A DNA stretch of 36,437 nt, taken from contig NC_068989.1 of assembly GCF_001194135.2 (NCBI RefSeq), positions 43,612,766-43,649,202 on the forward strand, in the 5' to 3' direction. The DNA is from Octopus bimaculoides. Lineage: Eukaryota. This document shows positions 10,309-22,736 of the stretch, piece by piece; within the stretch, counting starts at the first letter, position 1; every line of letters starts with the position of its first letter. The position numbers and the translations under genes are program-made. A model generated the notes under the pieces. The model saw only the letters and a list, made by a program, of their open reading frames with translations, ran no database searches and was not told the origin of the DNA.

Positions 10309-10650
10309 TCATCATCTTTTAATGTTCGTTTTCCATACTGGCATTGGTTGGATAGCTTGACAGAAGCTGGCAAGCCAGAGAGCTGCACCAGGCTCTAGTT
10401 GTTTGTTTTGGTATGGTTTCCATGGTTGGATAACCTTTCTAATGCCAACCACTTTACAGAGTGTACTGGGTGCATTTCATGTGGTACCAGCACAGGAGCT
10501 TTATACATGGCACCAGCATGGGTGCTTTTTACAAGGTACCAGCATGGATGCTTTCTATGTGGTGCTAGCATGGGTGTTTTTTACATGGTAACTGCACTGG
10601 TGCTTTATATGTGACATCAGCACAGGCACTTTTACGTGGCACCAGCACCC
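10309..10650 (-). mobile_element. RTE-LINE 3' tail whose upstream part is a 26-bp minisatellite (~7 units, 10468-10650)
   Basis: Tail motif in reverse; units resemble GGGTGCTTTTTACATGGCACCAGCAT. Confidence 0.8.
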
Positions 10651-10924
10651 GCAGGGTTGCCAAGTTACTTACAAGACAAGGACCTCCCAGCTGAGAGAGG
10701 GAGTGGAACCAGGAGAAGTTATCGGCCAGGTTTGGAGCATGTTAGAGGAATAGGAATAGCTGTCTTACAACAGAAGAGATACTTGGCTACCCCAGTAGAA
10801 CAAGGAAAGTGAGAGGTGGTAGAGAGTTAGAAAGATAGAGACAGTCAGAGTGAGAGAGAAAGGGCTTACCCAAAGGGAACTGTGGTAGGGGGAATATAAG
10901 TCATATAGAAGGGATAGAGGGAAT

Positions 10925-11316
10925 GTTTCAGTCCCTCTACGTGGCACCTTGGGCAATGTCTTCTACCATAGCCTTGCCTGACCAAAGCTTTGTGAGTGGA
11001 TTTGGTAGACAGAAACTGAAAGAAGCCCATTGTATGTGTGTATATATATATATATATATAGAAAAAAATTAAGGTACTCAGAAATCTGGATGTTTGTACA
11101 TTTACAAATTTTTATTAATGTCATATTAAATAAAGCGCTTTTCACCTAATCGTGTAGGATTTTCAAATTGATTTGAAAATCCTACACGATTAGGTGAAAA
11201 GTGCTTTATTTAATATGTGACATTAATAAAAATCTGTAAATGTACAAACATCCAGATTTCTGAGTACCTTAATTTTTTTTCTATATAATTTCTGTACATC
11301 ACCTCCAAACCTTCCA

Positions 11317-11354
<38 letters not shown>

Positions 11355-11576
11355 CTTTGTGTCTGTGTTTATCCCCCTACCATCAATTGACAAGCAATTT
11401 TGGTGTGTTTACATCCCCATAACTTAGTGGTTGGGCAAAAGAGACTGATAGAATAAGTACTGAACTTATAAAGAGTAAGTCCTGGGGTTGATTTCTTCGA
11501 CTAAAAACCCCTTAAAAGTGGTGCTCCAGCATGACTGCAGTCAAATAACCAAAACAAATAAAAGAGTAAAAGAATA
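10925..11576 (+). mobile_element. Type A SINE (5'-truncated) interrupted in its (TA)n by a long palindrome
   Basis: B-box/CORE part at 10925-11040 and tail part at 11340-11576 (..GATAGAATAAGTAC..GTGCTCCAGCATG..AAAAGAATA) flank the insertion. Confidence 0.85.
11055..11287. repeat. Near-perfect palindrome, ~110-bp arms, 2-nt loop
   Basis: Left arm ends at 11168, loop TG, right arm starts at 11171. Differences are 2 substitutions, one 2-bp indel and one 1-bp homopolymer indel. Confidence 0.95.
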
Positions 11577-11926
11577 AGTGGTTGAAGAATTTTGAGAGGG
11601 TAGAATGCGGATTTTATGCCAGGGATTTGCAGAGGTGTCTTGCTATGGAGAAGATACATGGCTATCCCACATTTACATAAGGGTGCGTAGGATATCTGGG
11701 GAAAAAGGTAAGATGGTAGCAGTGGGTTACCAGAGCAAAACCCTAAAGAGGGCAAGAGATGATACCAATAAACAGATTTAAAATCTCATTCTGTAGTTTG
11801 GGAAACTGTAGCATCAAGAATTCAGTGTCTTGTTCTGAAGTGCAGCATAATCTTTTAATTTTAAGAATCCAATATCTTAATAAAACAAATTTATTATACA
11901 AATTACTCTCAATTCATTTTCTAGAT

Positions 11927-12075
11927 CAGTCGTGGGCAAATTGTGACCCACAGGTACTTTCTGAACACCATGCTTAAATGCAAGGTCACGTTGAATTTTC
12001 TTTAGTCATGTAGTCTACTTGATGGTGAGCTGTGTCTCGTGCAGCCCATTTCTCACAAAATATTGCCCATAGCTG
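11927..12075. mobile_element. hAT-Charlie-type MITE (149 bp) with 8-bp target-site duplication
   Basis: TTCTAGAT is duplicated at 11919-11926 and 12076-12083, matching the Charlie nTCTAGAn preference. Imperfect TIRs CAGTCGTGGGCAA / rc CAGCTATGGGCAA match at 10 of 13. Confidence 0.88.
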
Positions 12076-15000
12076 TTCTAGATGGTAAAAAGATGTCCAA
12101 ATAGACTGGTTAGTTTCATTTGATGTCCAGTTGTCAACCACATAGACTGCATCACTTAATAAACAAAGATAAAACAACAACAAATTAACAAAAGAACATT
12201 TCTTTTATTTATCCCTTTCTACAGTTAAAGATAAAGTTTTAGAAAAGAGACAATGATGTCAAAAAAAGCCAGCAGAAAAAAAATATGACTATCATGGGAT
12301 AAAATGTTTCTAGTCAGCTGCATTGTAGAAAATAGCAGAAACAGTCTTAGCAAATTATATAACACACATATATATGTATGTATGAGTATATATATATATG
12401 TATGTATATTAGTAAAAGGCATACTTCTGAGCAACCAATTTGGTGTCAAATACTGATAGTAAAAGCAAGTTATTGCTTTAGAAATGTTTATTTTCTTATA
12501 TGTACATGCTTAGTCTTCTGCAGTTAGTGCGTGCAGCATGATGTGTTGTGTGAAGAAGTGCTCTCGTAAGCTTGTCTAAAACACAACAACAACAAAGGCA
12601 GCAAAAGGAGCTAAGAAGAAACAAATGCCTGTTTCTTTAAACAGACGCAGTTTATTAAAAAAAAAAATTTTTTTTTGCATTCATGTGTAAAAAAAAAATA
12701 TTAAAAAATAAATTAGGCATAAAATTAAAAAAGAAAAAAAAATTAAATGCATTGGATATTATAACTTTGGTTTTTGATATAACATTGAAGAGAATTATCA
12801 GGAAAGTAGTAAAAAAAAAAAAGTTTCAGCAGACTTAGATAATTAATTTTTTTCTTTTGATTTTAATTCATCAAATTTTAATTAATATCAAAGATGAATG
12901 GAAAATAAGTTAATTTGTAAATCAAGTTTTACAGGTGTTTTAAAGATGAAGCCTTAAGCCTAAAGCCATCAATATTTAAAACATTACTAACAAAGCAAAC
13001 TATGGGAATTCTTATTTTTTCTTTTTTCCCAACAAACAGTATGGTTTCTTTATTTTTTTTGTTTTGTTTTTGTTTTCATCCTCAGAATAAATGGTTTTAC
13101 TTCACAAGTGAAACCAAATGAGGTGTAATTCCAGTAGAAAGTTGTTGCTACTTTAGGGACAACAGCAAATGGCAAAAAACAGAACTGACTGTGTAGAAAG
13201 AAGCCAGAGCTTGATTATAGATAGAACTATTTATTTATGTTAAACATTGTCAAGGGAAAAGTGTTATGGTGTTTATTAAAAAAATCTCGGCAAAATTACA
13301 TAAGGAAAGATTTCACAAAAACAAAACAAAACAAAGAAAAACAGAACAAATTAAGTTGAACTTGTGTCATGGATAATTTCCCTTCATAAGCATAACAACT
13401 GTGAGCATTCTCTTCCTCACAAATTAGAGGCTGAATATGTGAAAACATTATATTTGTTAACACTTAACATTTTGAATAAAATTTATTTGTTTATGTGAAC
13501 ATGAAACTTCAACAAGATATCTCCTATGAAAAGTGAATGGTATCCTACAGAACTCTGAGGGTTGATTTAAAAACAATTTCAACATTAAAATTTAAAATCT
13601 ACCTAACCAGAGGCAAGACTGCATTCTCATTAACAACATTCACAACTACAAGATCTCCATTTAATTTATTTTCGGAGAGATTATTTTATTTCATTGGGTT
13701 TTTGTTTTTTTTTGCATGTTTTCTTATTTAAACAAAGAGATGAGCATTACCAAAAATAGATGACCATTGTGAAAAAGAAAAACTATTGATTTATCGAGAA
13801 TATGAAATGCTATAAATATTTATATATCTTTGCTCTATAATATATTTTATTTCAAATTAAGGCTTACTTCTTTATATAAGTGTACATATTTACATATGCA
13901 TACATTTACACAATATAGTTGCCAACAAATGTCAGGCTAGTAATACATAGTTTTGCAGATAAATATTTACATACACACATAACTTATTCTCAGTCCTACA
14001 TGCAAACGCAATAAACATACACACATGATATTGTTGCCTATATATGTCGAGTCATTACATACACTAGGGTAAAAATAAAACCTGTCCAAACAAACTTTAA
14101 ACCCCTGGATAATAGTCATGGTTTAGTATGAAGTCAAGATTTATTCCTAAATAATGATAATAATAATAATAAAATGACACTTAAAAGGAAAGTTATGAAA
14201 AATATCTACTTCGAAAACAATCTTGGATGAAGGCAAATTGGTTCAAAGATAAGTTATTTGTTTTCATTGTTTTGACCTTACATGTGGGAAAACTTAATAT
14301 ATTTAGTTGAACAGAATGAATAAAATGCAGTGCTCTGTGCTTGACAAACTTTCTACAAGCTTTAATTAAAAAAAATTTAATCTCCATAAAAACCAATGAT
14401 GATTATCAACAATAACAAATATAAGAAATGGAAAAAACCTCAAAGACAACACTAAAGAACGGTTTTTCAGCTGACTTGAAATCAATAAAACAGACAAAAG
14501 ACAGTTATTTGGCAGAAGCCAAAGCAAGAGAACTTAGTTGAAAAGAGCACATGAATATAAACATAAATACATATATATGTATACTGATCATAAAAGTTGA
14601 AATGAACAGAAAGATTTTGTGGGCATCAGATTCTGAAGGTTAAAAAATATCACCATAAAAGCATCAATACTCTAATCTACACACTATTGATTGGTAAGCA
14701 ACAATATTTCAACAGAACATGGCATTTATAGAAGTGGTTGGTCAACTGAGCCCATGTTTCTGTAAGCAATATTTGATAAACATAAAAGTTAATTAAAAAT
14801 ACTATCTAATTATCAGAAATAAAAGAATGCCTTTCTGAAGAGAGAGAGAAAGAGACCTAAAAAGAGAAAGTAAAAATAAAGGTAATGATAAATGTTCACT
14901 CTTTTTCATTTTTGATTTCTTAATTCTGTTTTATTCTAACATTTTTGCAATTGTTTTGAAGAAGAATCTATTGTTAGGAAACAGTGAGATATCTAAAGTG

Positions 15001-15079
15001 AACCAATGGACGGAAATGATAATGAAAGAGATGGAAGAAGAGGATAAGTCATAATTTCAAAGATAATAGGACATGTATA

Positions 15080-15294
15080 TAACGTGTATATATATGTATG
15101 TATATGTGTAATCATACATACACACATAACATATACATATATATATATATACATACACACACACATATATGTATACACACAGCCTTGTAAACACAAGCAC
15201 AATCTATTTTACATTGTATCTATATATGTATATAAATGTTTATACACATATATGCATACAAATATATGTATATACATTTATATAAATATGTGTT

Positions 15295-15350
<56 letters not shown>

Positions 15351-15370
15351 TATATGTGTGTGTGTGTGGA
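15080..15370. repeat. Compound TA/CA/TG microsatellite region
   Basis: Direct reading. Confidence 0.9.
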
Positions 15371-15619
15371 CATATATTCTATGCATGTACGTACATATGT
15401 CATAAGCTATTACAGTAAGAAATTCAGAGAAGTGTATGTGATGTTTATTAAACCCCAAATTAATCTGTTACAGTGAATAAAATGTAAAATACCTTGTTTG
15501 AGAGAGAAGAAATCATAACTTTCTGTAAAGTTATATTATTTGAATATATCCTTTAACACCTGTTTGTACATTTGAAGAGTGAACATCTAGTTAAAACAAA
15601 TAATAATAATAATAATCAC

Positions 15620-16430
15620 AATCCTTTCAGCTATAGGCACAAGGCCTGAAATTTTGGGGGAAGGAGCTGGGCTATTCAATTACATCGACCCCAGTGATCA
15701 ACTGGTACTTATTTTATTGACCCCGAAAGGATGAAAGGCAAAGTCAACCTCAGATCATAAAGACAGACACAATGCCACTAAGCATTTTGTCAGTGTGCTA
15801 ATGATTCTGCCAGCTCACTGCTTTAGTAGTAGTAGTAGTAATCATACTTTCTACTATAGGCACAAGGCCTGAAATTTTGGATGACGGGGACCAGTCGATT
15901 ACAACGACCCCAGTGCATAACTGGTACTTAATTTATCAACCTCGAATGGATAAAAGGCAAAGTCGACCCTGGCAGAATAATAATAATCCTTTCTACTATA
16001 GGCACAAGGACTGAAATTTTAAGGGAAAGGGAAGTTGATTACATCAACCCCAGTATTTAACTGGTAGTCATTTTATCAACTCCCAAAAGATGAAAGGCAA
16101 AGTCGACCTTCACAGAATTTAAATTCAAAACGTAAAGATGGGTAAGTGTTGCTAAGCATTTTGTTTAGAGTGCTAACAATTCTGTCAGCACACTGTAATA
16201 ATAATGATTTCAAATTTTGGCACAAGGCCAGCAATTTGATGGGTGTGTGTGTGGGGGGGGGTAAGTCAATTACATTGACCCCAGTACCTAACTGGTACTT
16301 AATTTATCAACCCTGAAAGGATGAAAGGCGAAGTTGACCTCGGCAGTATTTGAACTCAGAATATAACGACGGATGAAATGCCACTAGGCATTTTGCGTGG
16401 CATGCTAACAATTCTGCCAGCTTACCATCT
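15620..16430 (-). mobile_element. Head-to-tail array of four type C SINEs (~15620-15825, 15848-15978, 15985-16196, 16207-16430)
   Basis: Each shows GGCACAAGGCC..CCCCAGT..ACTGGTAC..GATGAAAGGCAAAGTC on the + strand. They are separated by (AAT)n/(GTA)n spacers; the second copy is 5'-truncated. Confidence 0.88.
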
Positions 16431-17519
16431 TAATAATAATAATAATAACAATTCCTAACATCTCAGACAAGAAAGCTGATAAAAGAAAATTAGTTCTACA
16501 CTTTAAATATTCCCTCTTGATATTGTTTGAAAGATAAATTTAATTAGAATGAAAACAGGATTTAAAGAAAATTATATAAATTATTTCTGAGTAAAGAAAC
16601 ATTTGTTGTTTTTATCACATACACACACACACATAGAGGCTCAATATTATTTTATTTCTGCAGACAAGATAAAATGCTTCCAATGGCCTACAGTATTTAC
16701 ACTGAAATTTAATTTATATACATACATATAATATCACGCACCTTCTTTTCTCCTTCAGGTATATCTACACACACACAGAAATAAACCAATTATCTCTATT
16801 ATCAGCACAGATTTTGGTGACGAGGTTTCGTTGAAATGAAGATTTTCTTTTCACATATGGATGCAAATTGATTTGTATAACACATATACATACAGGTTTA
16901 CATATGCTTATCACAAACACAAAATGGCATATACACCCATATATATATAGATATATATTTGTTTATTTTTATATTGTCAAACAGTATATTTCTGGTTATA
17001 GCATATGACTGGGTTGAATGTTACTGACGGTTTTATGTCAACTATTGCACTAGTGAAATAGTCTGTTTGACTGCTTGACGATATAAAAATATAACCATTC
17101 TATTTCTTAGTATGTTTTTTTTGTCTGAATTATGGAAAACTAACTGAATATATATATGACTTATTAGTATAGTGTTGAAAAGTCAGAAGGAGCAGAGGTT
17201 ATCTTGAAGATTCCTTTGTAGATGTGGTGCACTATAAACCATGATATACTTCAGAACTAGATAATTTCAAGACAATTTCATTTTGTCTAGTATATTGTGT
17301 ATTTTAGTATATAGTATATTGTGTGTTCTAACACACTGTATCTAAAAGGGATCTTTCTTGAAGCAACCATTACAGTATCTGACTTTTTCAATACATTAAG
17401 TATGTTATATAGATAAATATTTTAATCTAGAGCTGCTTCTATTGCATAATTCGAATATATACATATGCATACACACATATATACTGTATGTATTGAGTCC
17501 CTTTTCTCCTGCATATACA

Positions 17520-17706
17520 TTGATTTCAAACTTTGGCACAAGGCCAGCAATTTCAGGGGAGGGGTAACTGGTACTTATTTTTATCGACTCCTACAAGGAT
17601 GAAAGGCAAAGTTGACCTCGCTGGAATTTGAACATAGAATGTGAAGACAGATGAAATGCTACGCATTCCCCCAGTGTGCTAATGATTCTGCTAACTCACT
17701 GCCTTT
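17520..17706 (-). mobile_element. Type C SINE
   Basis: Same motifs, with a central deletion. Confidence 0.82.
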
Positions 17707-18819
17707 TCCCACATATACATTAATAACATACATTTATATATGTCTGTGTCTATGTGTAAGCATATATATATATTCCTTCATAAAAGGAGTGAACAGAGAC
17801 CAAAGTATTGAGATGAACAATCAAAAAGAAAGGAAACCATTTAGAATAAGAAATCCAGGTTCAAATCAAGTCAATATTATTATTAAATCAAGCAATGGGA
17901 TGTATTTGGTCACTCATCTTATCTAGTCAGATTTAAAATAATTAACATTATATATAAATATCTCATGCTCCACAGAAAAACAGGGCCTCAGATTAGTAAA
18001 TGTGGAGGACAAATGAGAACTGTAAGATGCTTCTTATGTTTTTTCTTAAGTGCATTAGAAGCACAAGTGAAGTGAGCCCCATCTAGAAATGGAAACTGTT
18101 TGATTCACTTAGCTTGTTGGAAATCATCACAACAGAGGAAACCCAACAGGACTATTAAAATTTGACTTGCAAAACCAATTCTAGTTAATTCATTTATGCA
18201 GCACTATACAGTATAACGCACTATGCATGAATGAATCCAACTCATCAGGGCATGCACTACTATGCAAATCAGACATTTCAGTTTAGCTGAGTCTTAGTCA
18301 GTACGCACTATAAATAACTATAAGTCATATAAAACTTACTGTGGACAAAATACTGATAGTCTTTCTCTGATGAAGAGCTAAGAAGACTAGAAACTAGTCA
18401 GGTTCGTTCCACATGTTTTCTGTTAACAGAGAAGTAAAACCTACTGTATAACCACATTGCTTACTTTTCACAACAAAGCTAACAACTGTATGTTTATTAA
18501 AATAAAAAACAAAAAAAACCCAGTCATTTCAATTCTAATTAATATTCAGTTTTCACTTGATATATAAATCAACACACATACACGAACTTTGTTTTCATAT
18601 ATATCCCACTCAGTATTTTACATGAATGCATTCTAAGATATTAAGCTAAACAGAATTTATTACAATATATTTATCTCTTTATTTTCTTTCTTTTTATTCT
18701 TTAATAGAACAGGGTATTATAATGTTGAAATTTCATATCAACACATCAATAATGTTTTGTTGAGACAATGAAATAAAACAGAACTTTTGTTAAAATAATA
18801 ATAATAATAATAATAATAA

Positions 18820-19250
18820 TTTATTCTACTAAAGGCATAAGGCCTGAAATTTTGGGGAGAGGGATAGTCGATTGAATCGACTCCAGTACTCAACTGGTAC
18901 TTATTTTATTGACCCCAAAAGGATGAAAGGAAGAGTCAACTATGGGGGAATTTGAACTCAGAATGTAAGGGCGGATGAAATGCTGCTAAGCATTTTGCCT
19001 GGCATGTTAACAATTCTGCCAACTCACTGCCTTAATAATAATGGTTTCAAATTTTGCTACAACGGCAGCCATTTTGGGGGGATGAATCGATTACGTCGAC
19101 CCCAGTATTCAACTGGTACTTATTTCATCAACCTTGAAAGGATGAAAGGCAAAGTTGACCTCACTGGAATTTGAACTCAGAATGTAGCAATGGGTGAAAT
19201 ATTGCTAAGCATTTCACCCAGTGTGCTAACAATTCTGCCAGCTCACTGCC

Positions 19251-19306
<56 letters not shown>

Positions 19307-19510
19307 TGCTTCACATTTTGGCACGAGGCCAGCAATTTTAATAGGTGGGTTAAATCGATATCATCAACCCCAGCACATGACTGGTACATTATTCTATCAA
19401 CCCTAAAAAGATGAAAGCTAAAATCAGCCCCAGTGAGACTTGAACTAAGAACATGAAGAGATACAATGAAAACACTGCAAAGCATTTTGTCTGATGCTCT
19501 AATAATACTG
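18820..19510 (-). mobile_element. Head-to-tail array of three type C SINEs (~18820-19031, 19043-19251, 19310-19510) with (AAT)n spacers
   Basis: Repeated SINE motifs; a long (AAT)n lies at ~19253-19306. Confidence 0.88.
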
Positions 19511-20133
19511 TTAGCACTAAACTCTCCCCTTTGATTTTACACTAATAATAATAATAATAATAATAATAGAATGATAAGAGAGTATTTTAGTGTTGACTTA
19601 GGAGTTCAGTTGGGATTTACAAGGCTGCACTTTTGACCACTGGTGAAATAACTAAACAATTTAGAATATATTTGACTTCTGACCTCATCATCCTTTATGT
19701 TCCTATCTACACTGCATTTCATTCTATATATCACTTGGACATTACCAGTTTATAGATATAAATGCTCTTCTGCAACTGATACAGCTTTTGTTGCTAATCA
19801 CAAATTTTTACCTGGCTTGCCAGCTATTTGCAACACCAGTAACTTGTTAATCATTGTTTTTGTATGTCAGTGCCAGCTGAATTTGTTTAAGCATGCAGTT
19901 GATAGTGGATAGATACTTGCTATTTATGACACAATGAGATGCAAAAATCTTAGATTTAGCAATCCTACTACTACTGCTGCTGATATACTTACGTGCTTTT
20001 TAGCACTGTATGTCTATATGAGATGCTTTCTCAAGATGAATACTACAATTTTGTGGCTTTCTACAGTATATCCACATTAAGTAAGATATACAGAATACTA
20101 TTCTGAACTAATACTGCTTCATTCAGATATACA

Positions 20134-20283
20134 TCATCATCAGTTTAATCTCCACCTTCCATACTGGCATAGGTTGGACAGTTTGACAGGAGCTGGCCAG
20201 GTAGAAGACTACACCAGACTTCTGTCTCTGTTTTGGCATGGTTTTTATGGCTGGATGCCCTTCCTAACATCAACCACCCATCA
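20134..20283 (-). mobile_element. RTE-LINE 3' tail fragment
   Basis: CATCATCAT..CCATACTGGCATAGGTTGGACAG..GGCTGGATGCCCTTCCTAA. Confidence 0.8.
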
Positions 20284-20319
20284 CATAAGTGTGTCTATCT
20301 ATCTATCTATCTATCTATA

Positions 20320-20370
<51 letters not shown>

Positions 20371-20967
20371 ATATATGTACTCTGTAGATTAGGATTCAAC
20401 TGAGAACATGTAGAAAAAATATAGAATCCGAAGACAATATTAGGAACAGATCATCTCCTGTCTTCAAGCACCTTATATCCACCTAGACACAATCATCATG
20501 TGTACCTTGATGGATTCAATGTTAAGCTCTTTGTATTATTGTATAAGTGTTTCTAATATGAGTTACATGTACACAGGTTGCTGGGTTGAATCATCCTAGC
20601 TTACCATGCAGAAATATGTTGTCAAGAAAACAGACCTACTGAAATGTTGTATAGATAGGAACACAAATATAAACTCTGGTAAAAATGCCTGTTGATGTAA
20701 CAGGATCGTATTGTTCAGATAACAAATTGGATAAGTACAAATGAGGCAATATTACAAAGTTGAAGACATTATATGTATGTATACATATTTATATAGATAT
20801 AAAATGTGCGTGTATATATATACACACATACACATTTGCATGTGTATGTATACATACATACATTCATACCAACATATATACATTTATGTAGGAATGTATG
20901 TATGTATACACATAAATTGTTCACACATCATAATCTTTACTCTGTATAATATTATTATATATAACAG

Positions 20968-21181
20968 TGGTTTCAAATTTTGGTACAAGGCCAGCAATTT
21001 AAGGGGCGGGATAATTTGATTACATTGACCCCAGTACTCATCTGGTACTTATTTTATCAACCCCGAAAGGATGAAAGGCAAAGTTAACCTCAGCAGAATT
21101 TGAACTCAGAACATAAAGACAGACAAAATGCCGCTAAGCATTTTGCCAGGGGTGCTAACATTTTTGCCAGCTTGCCATCTT
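20968..21181 (-). mobile_element. Type C SINE
   Basis: Near full-length copy with the B-box GAGTTCAAATTC on the minus strand. Confidence 0.85.
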
Positions 21182-21805
21182 ATTTTATTATATATAATAA
21201 TGGTAATAATAAATATAATTGTTACTATAGCAATGTTGAATTATTTCAACCAATAACTGGCTCCCATATGTATGATAAGGCTGAAAAAAAAATTTTTTTT
21301 TTTCATGTAAATAGAAAATAAATAAATAAATGAATGAATAAAAAAACCAACAACAAATATGTAATGTTCAGCTTCGATATTGAGACAATATATAATCAAC
21401 ATTATAATGAGTGTATAATCATCTTTCCAACACAATGAAATGTTGTGTAGTATGGATGACAGGCATAAAAACGTTAACATTAACAGTTTCATGTTCAAGG
21501 CAGTATATTAAACGACAGAGCATCTCTATAGCTTTAGACTGATTAAAATGTAATGGATGCACACGTATACACTCATACACACACAAACATATACACCACA
21601 CATCTCATGCGTGTGTGCACACACACATACATACACGCACACTCACACACACACACACAGAGTTAATATAGGTTTGCCATACTAACAAGTTAGTAACTGT
21701 TTGCCACTGCAACACACCACTGCATAATTATAAAAATGAAAGGCTATTTATATTTATCTGAGAATTAAAACTGTTTTGACAAGCATCAGTTCAGAGACAA
21801 CTGAA

Positions 21806-21815
21806 NNNNNNNNNN
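21806..21815. other. Assembly gap (10 N)
   Basis: N run. Confidence 1.
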
Positions 21816-22059
21816 AAATTTTTTCGTTGACAGAAAAATGATAACAAAACAGAATTAAACAGTTGCCTTAAAATGGCATTGTTGTTTGGCTTTTTTTTTT
21901 TTGCTTTTGTTTGATATTTTTTCCTTGTTTTTTTTTTTTCTTTGTTTTTTTTTTAGACTTTATCATAAACAATTGTCGAAGTTAGACAATTATAAATTAG
22001 GCTGAAGTCTGAAGAGAAACATTTGAACAATTATTTTACTGTCCTCAGAAGCTCAGCAC

Positions 22060-22380
22060 CTATATGTGTTTGTGTGTGTTTGTGCATGCACACACACACA
22101 CACACACACATGCACACACACATGCATGCACATACACACATACATACACACATGCACAGACACACACACACACACACATATATAAATATATATATGTAAA
22201 TATATACATGTACATATACATACATATATGTATATATATATATATAAATATATATATGTATATATACACACAGACATATAAATATATATATGTACATTAT
22301 ATATATATATATGTGTGTGTGTGTGTACATATATGTATTTACATATACGTATGTATACACACACGACACACACACATCAA
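22060..22380. repeat. Compound (CA)n/(TA)n/(TG)n microsatellite
   Basis: Direct reading; it generates several spurious ORFs. Confidence 0.95.
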
Positions 22381-22428
22381 ATTTAGCCACAAATAAACAA
22401 TTTCAAGAAAAAAAAAAGAAAAGAAGTT

Positions 22429-22434
22429 TTTATT
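22429..22434 (-). terminator. Candidate proximal polyadenylation signal of the tetraspanin gene
   Basis: AATAAA on the minus strand ~200 nt after the stop, followed by a U-rich tract. Confidence 0.4.
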
Positions 22435-22631
22435 TTTTTTTCATCTGACATGTTTTGTCAATCCATCACTGTGTCCTTTTACATCCAGCCCGCAAATTAA
22501 AAATTTTTTTTCATTCTGTGCTGGTCTTCAGTTGATTATGACATACAGACAACACAGAAGTGGTGGGCTTTGTGAGATTGCCTGACAAGGAGCATGGTTA
22601 ATGGCCAGCACAGATAGCTTTAGGGGTGTTC

Positions 22632-22736
22632 TTAAGAATTAGCAGAACTTGAGGAGCCGATTACACCAACACAATACCATGTTCGGTATTCTTCAACCCG
22701 CCGGATAAAGTAATACCCCAGTAAAAATCCAATGAT
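22632..22736 (-). CDS. TSPAN15: TspanC8 tetraspanin terminal coding exon: IIGFLLGYYFIRRVEEYRTWYCVGVIGSSSSANS*
   Basis: Acceptor TTTCTATTTCCAG, phase 0. It completes TM4 after ..AIPQ. FIRRVEE resembles TSPAN15 YITRVED. Stop is TAA 22634-22632. The symbol means TSPAN15-like. Confidence 0.88.
   Translation of the reverse strand: MIGFLLGYYFIRRVEEYRTWYCVGVIGSSSSANS

Noticed and set aside
18367-18394. CTGATGA..GAAAC hammerhead-like core
   Set aside because: Stem II cannot form between the motifs and there is no stem III/cleavage triplet. The local pairing is a different hairpin.
4434-19510. Regularly repeated units (65-bp UTR units, SINE arrays) as a CRISPR-like array
   Set aside because: There are no identical repeats with unique spacers and no cas genes; the context is eukaryotic and the units are explained by retroposons.
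22031-22396. Several 70-120-aa ORFs ([12 protein letters not shown]-rich), also at 6954-7265, 8053-8370 and 15084-15476
   Set aside because: These are translations of dinucleotide microsatellites.
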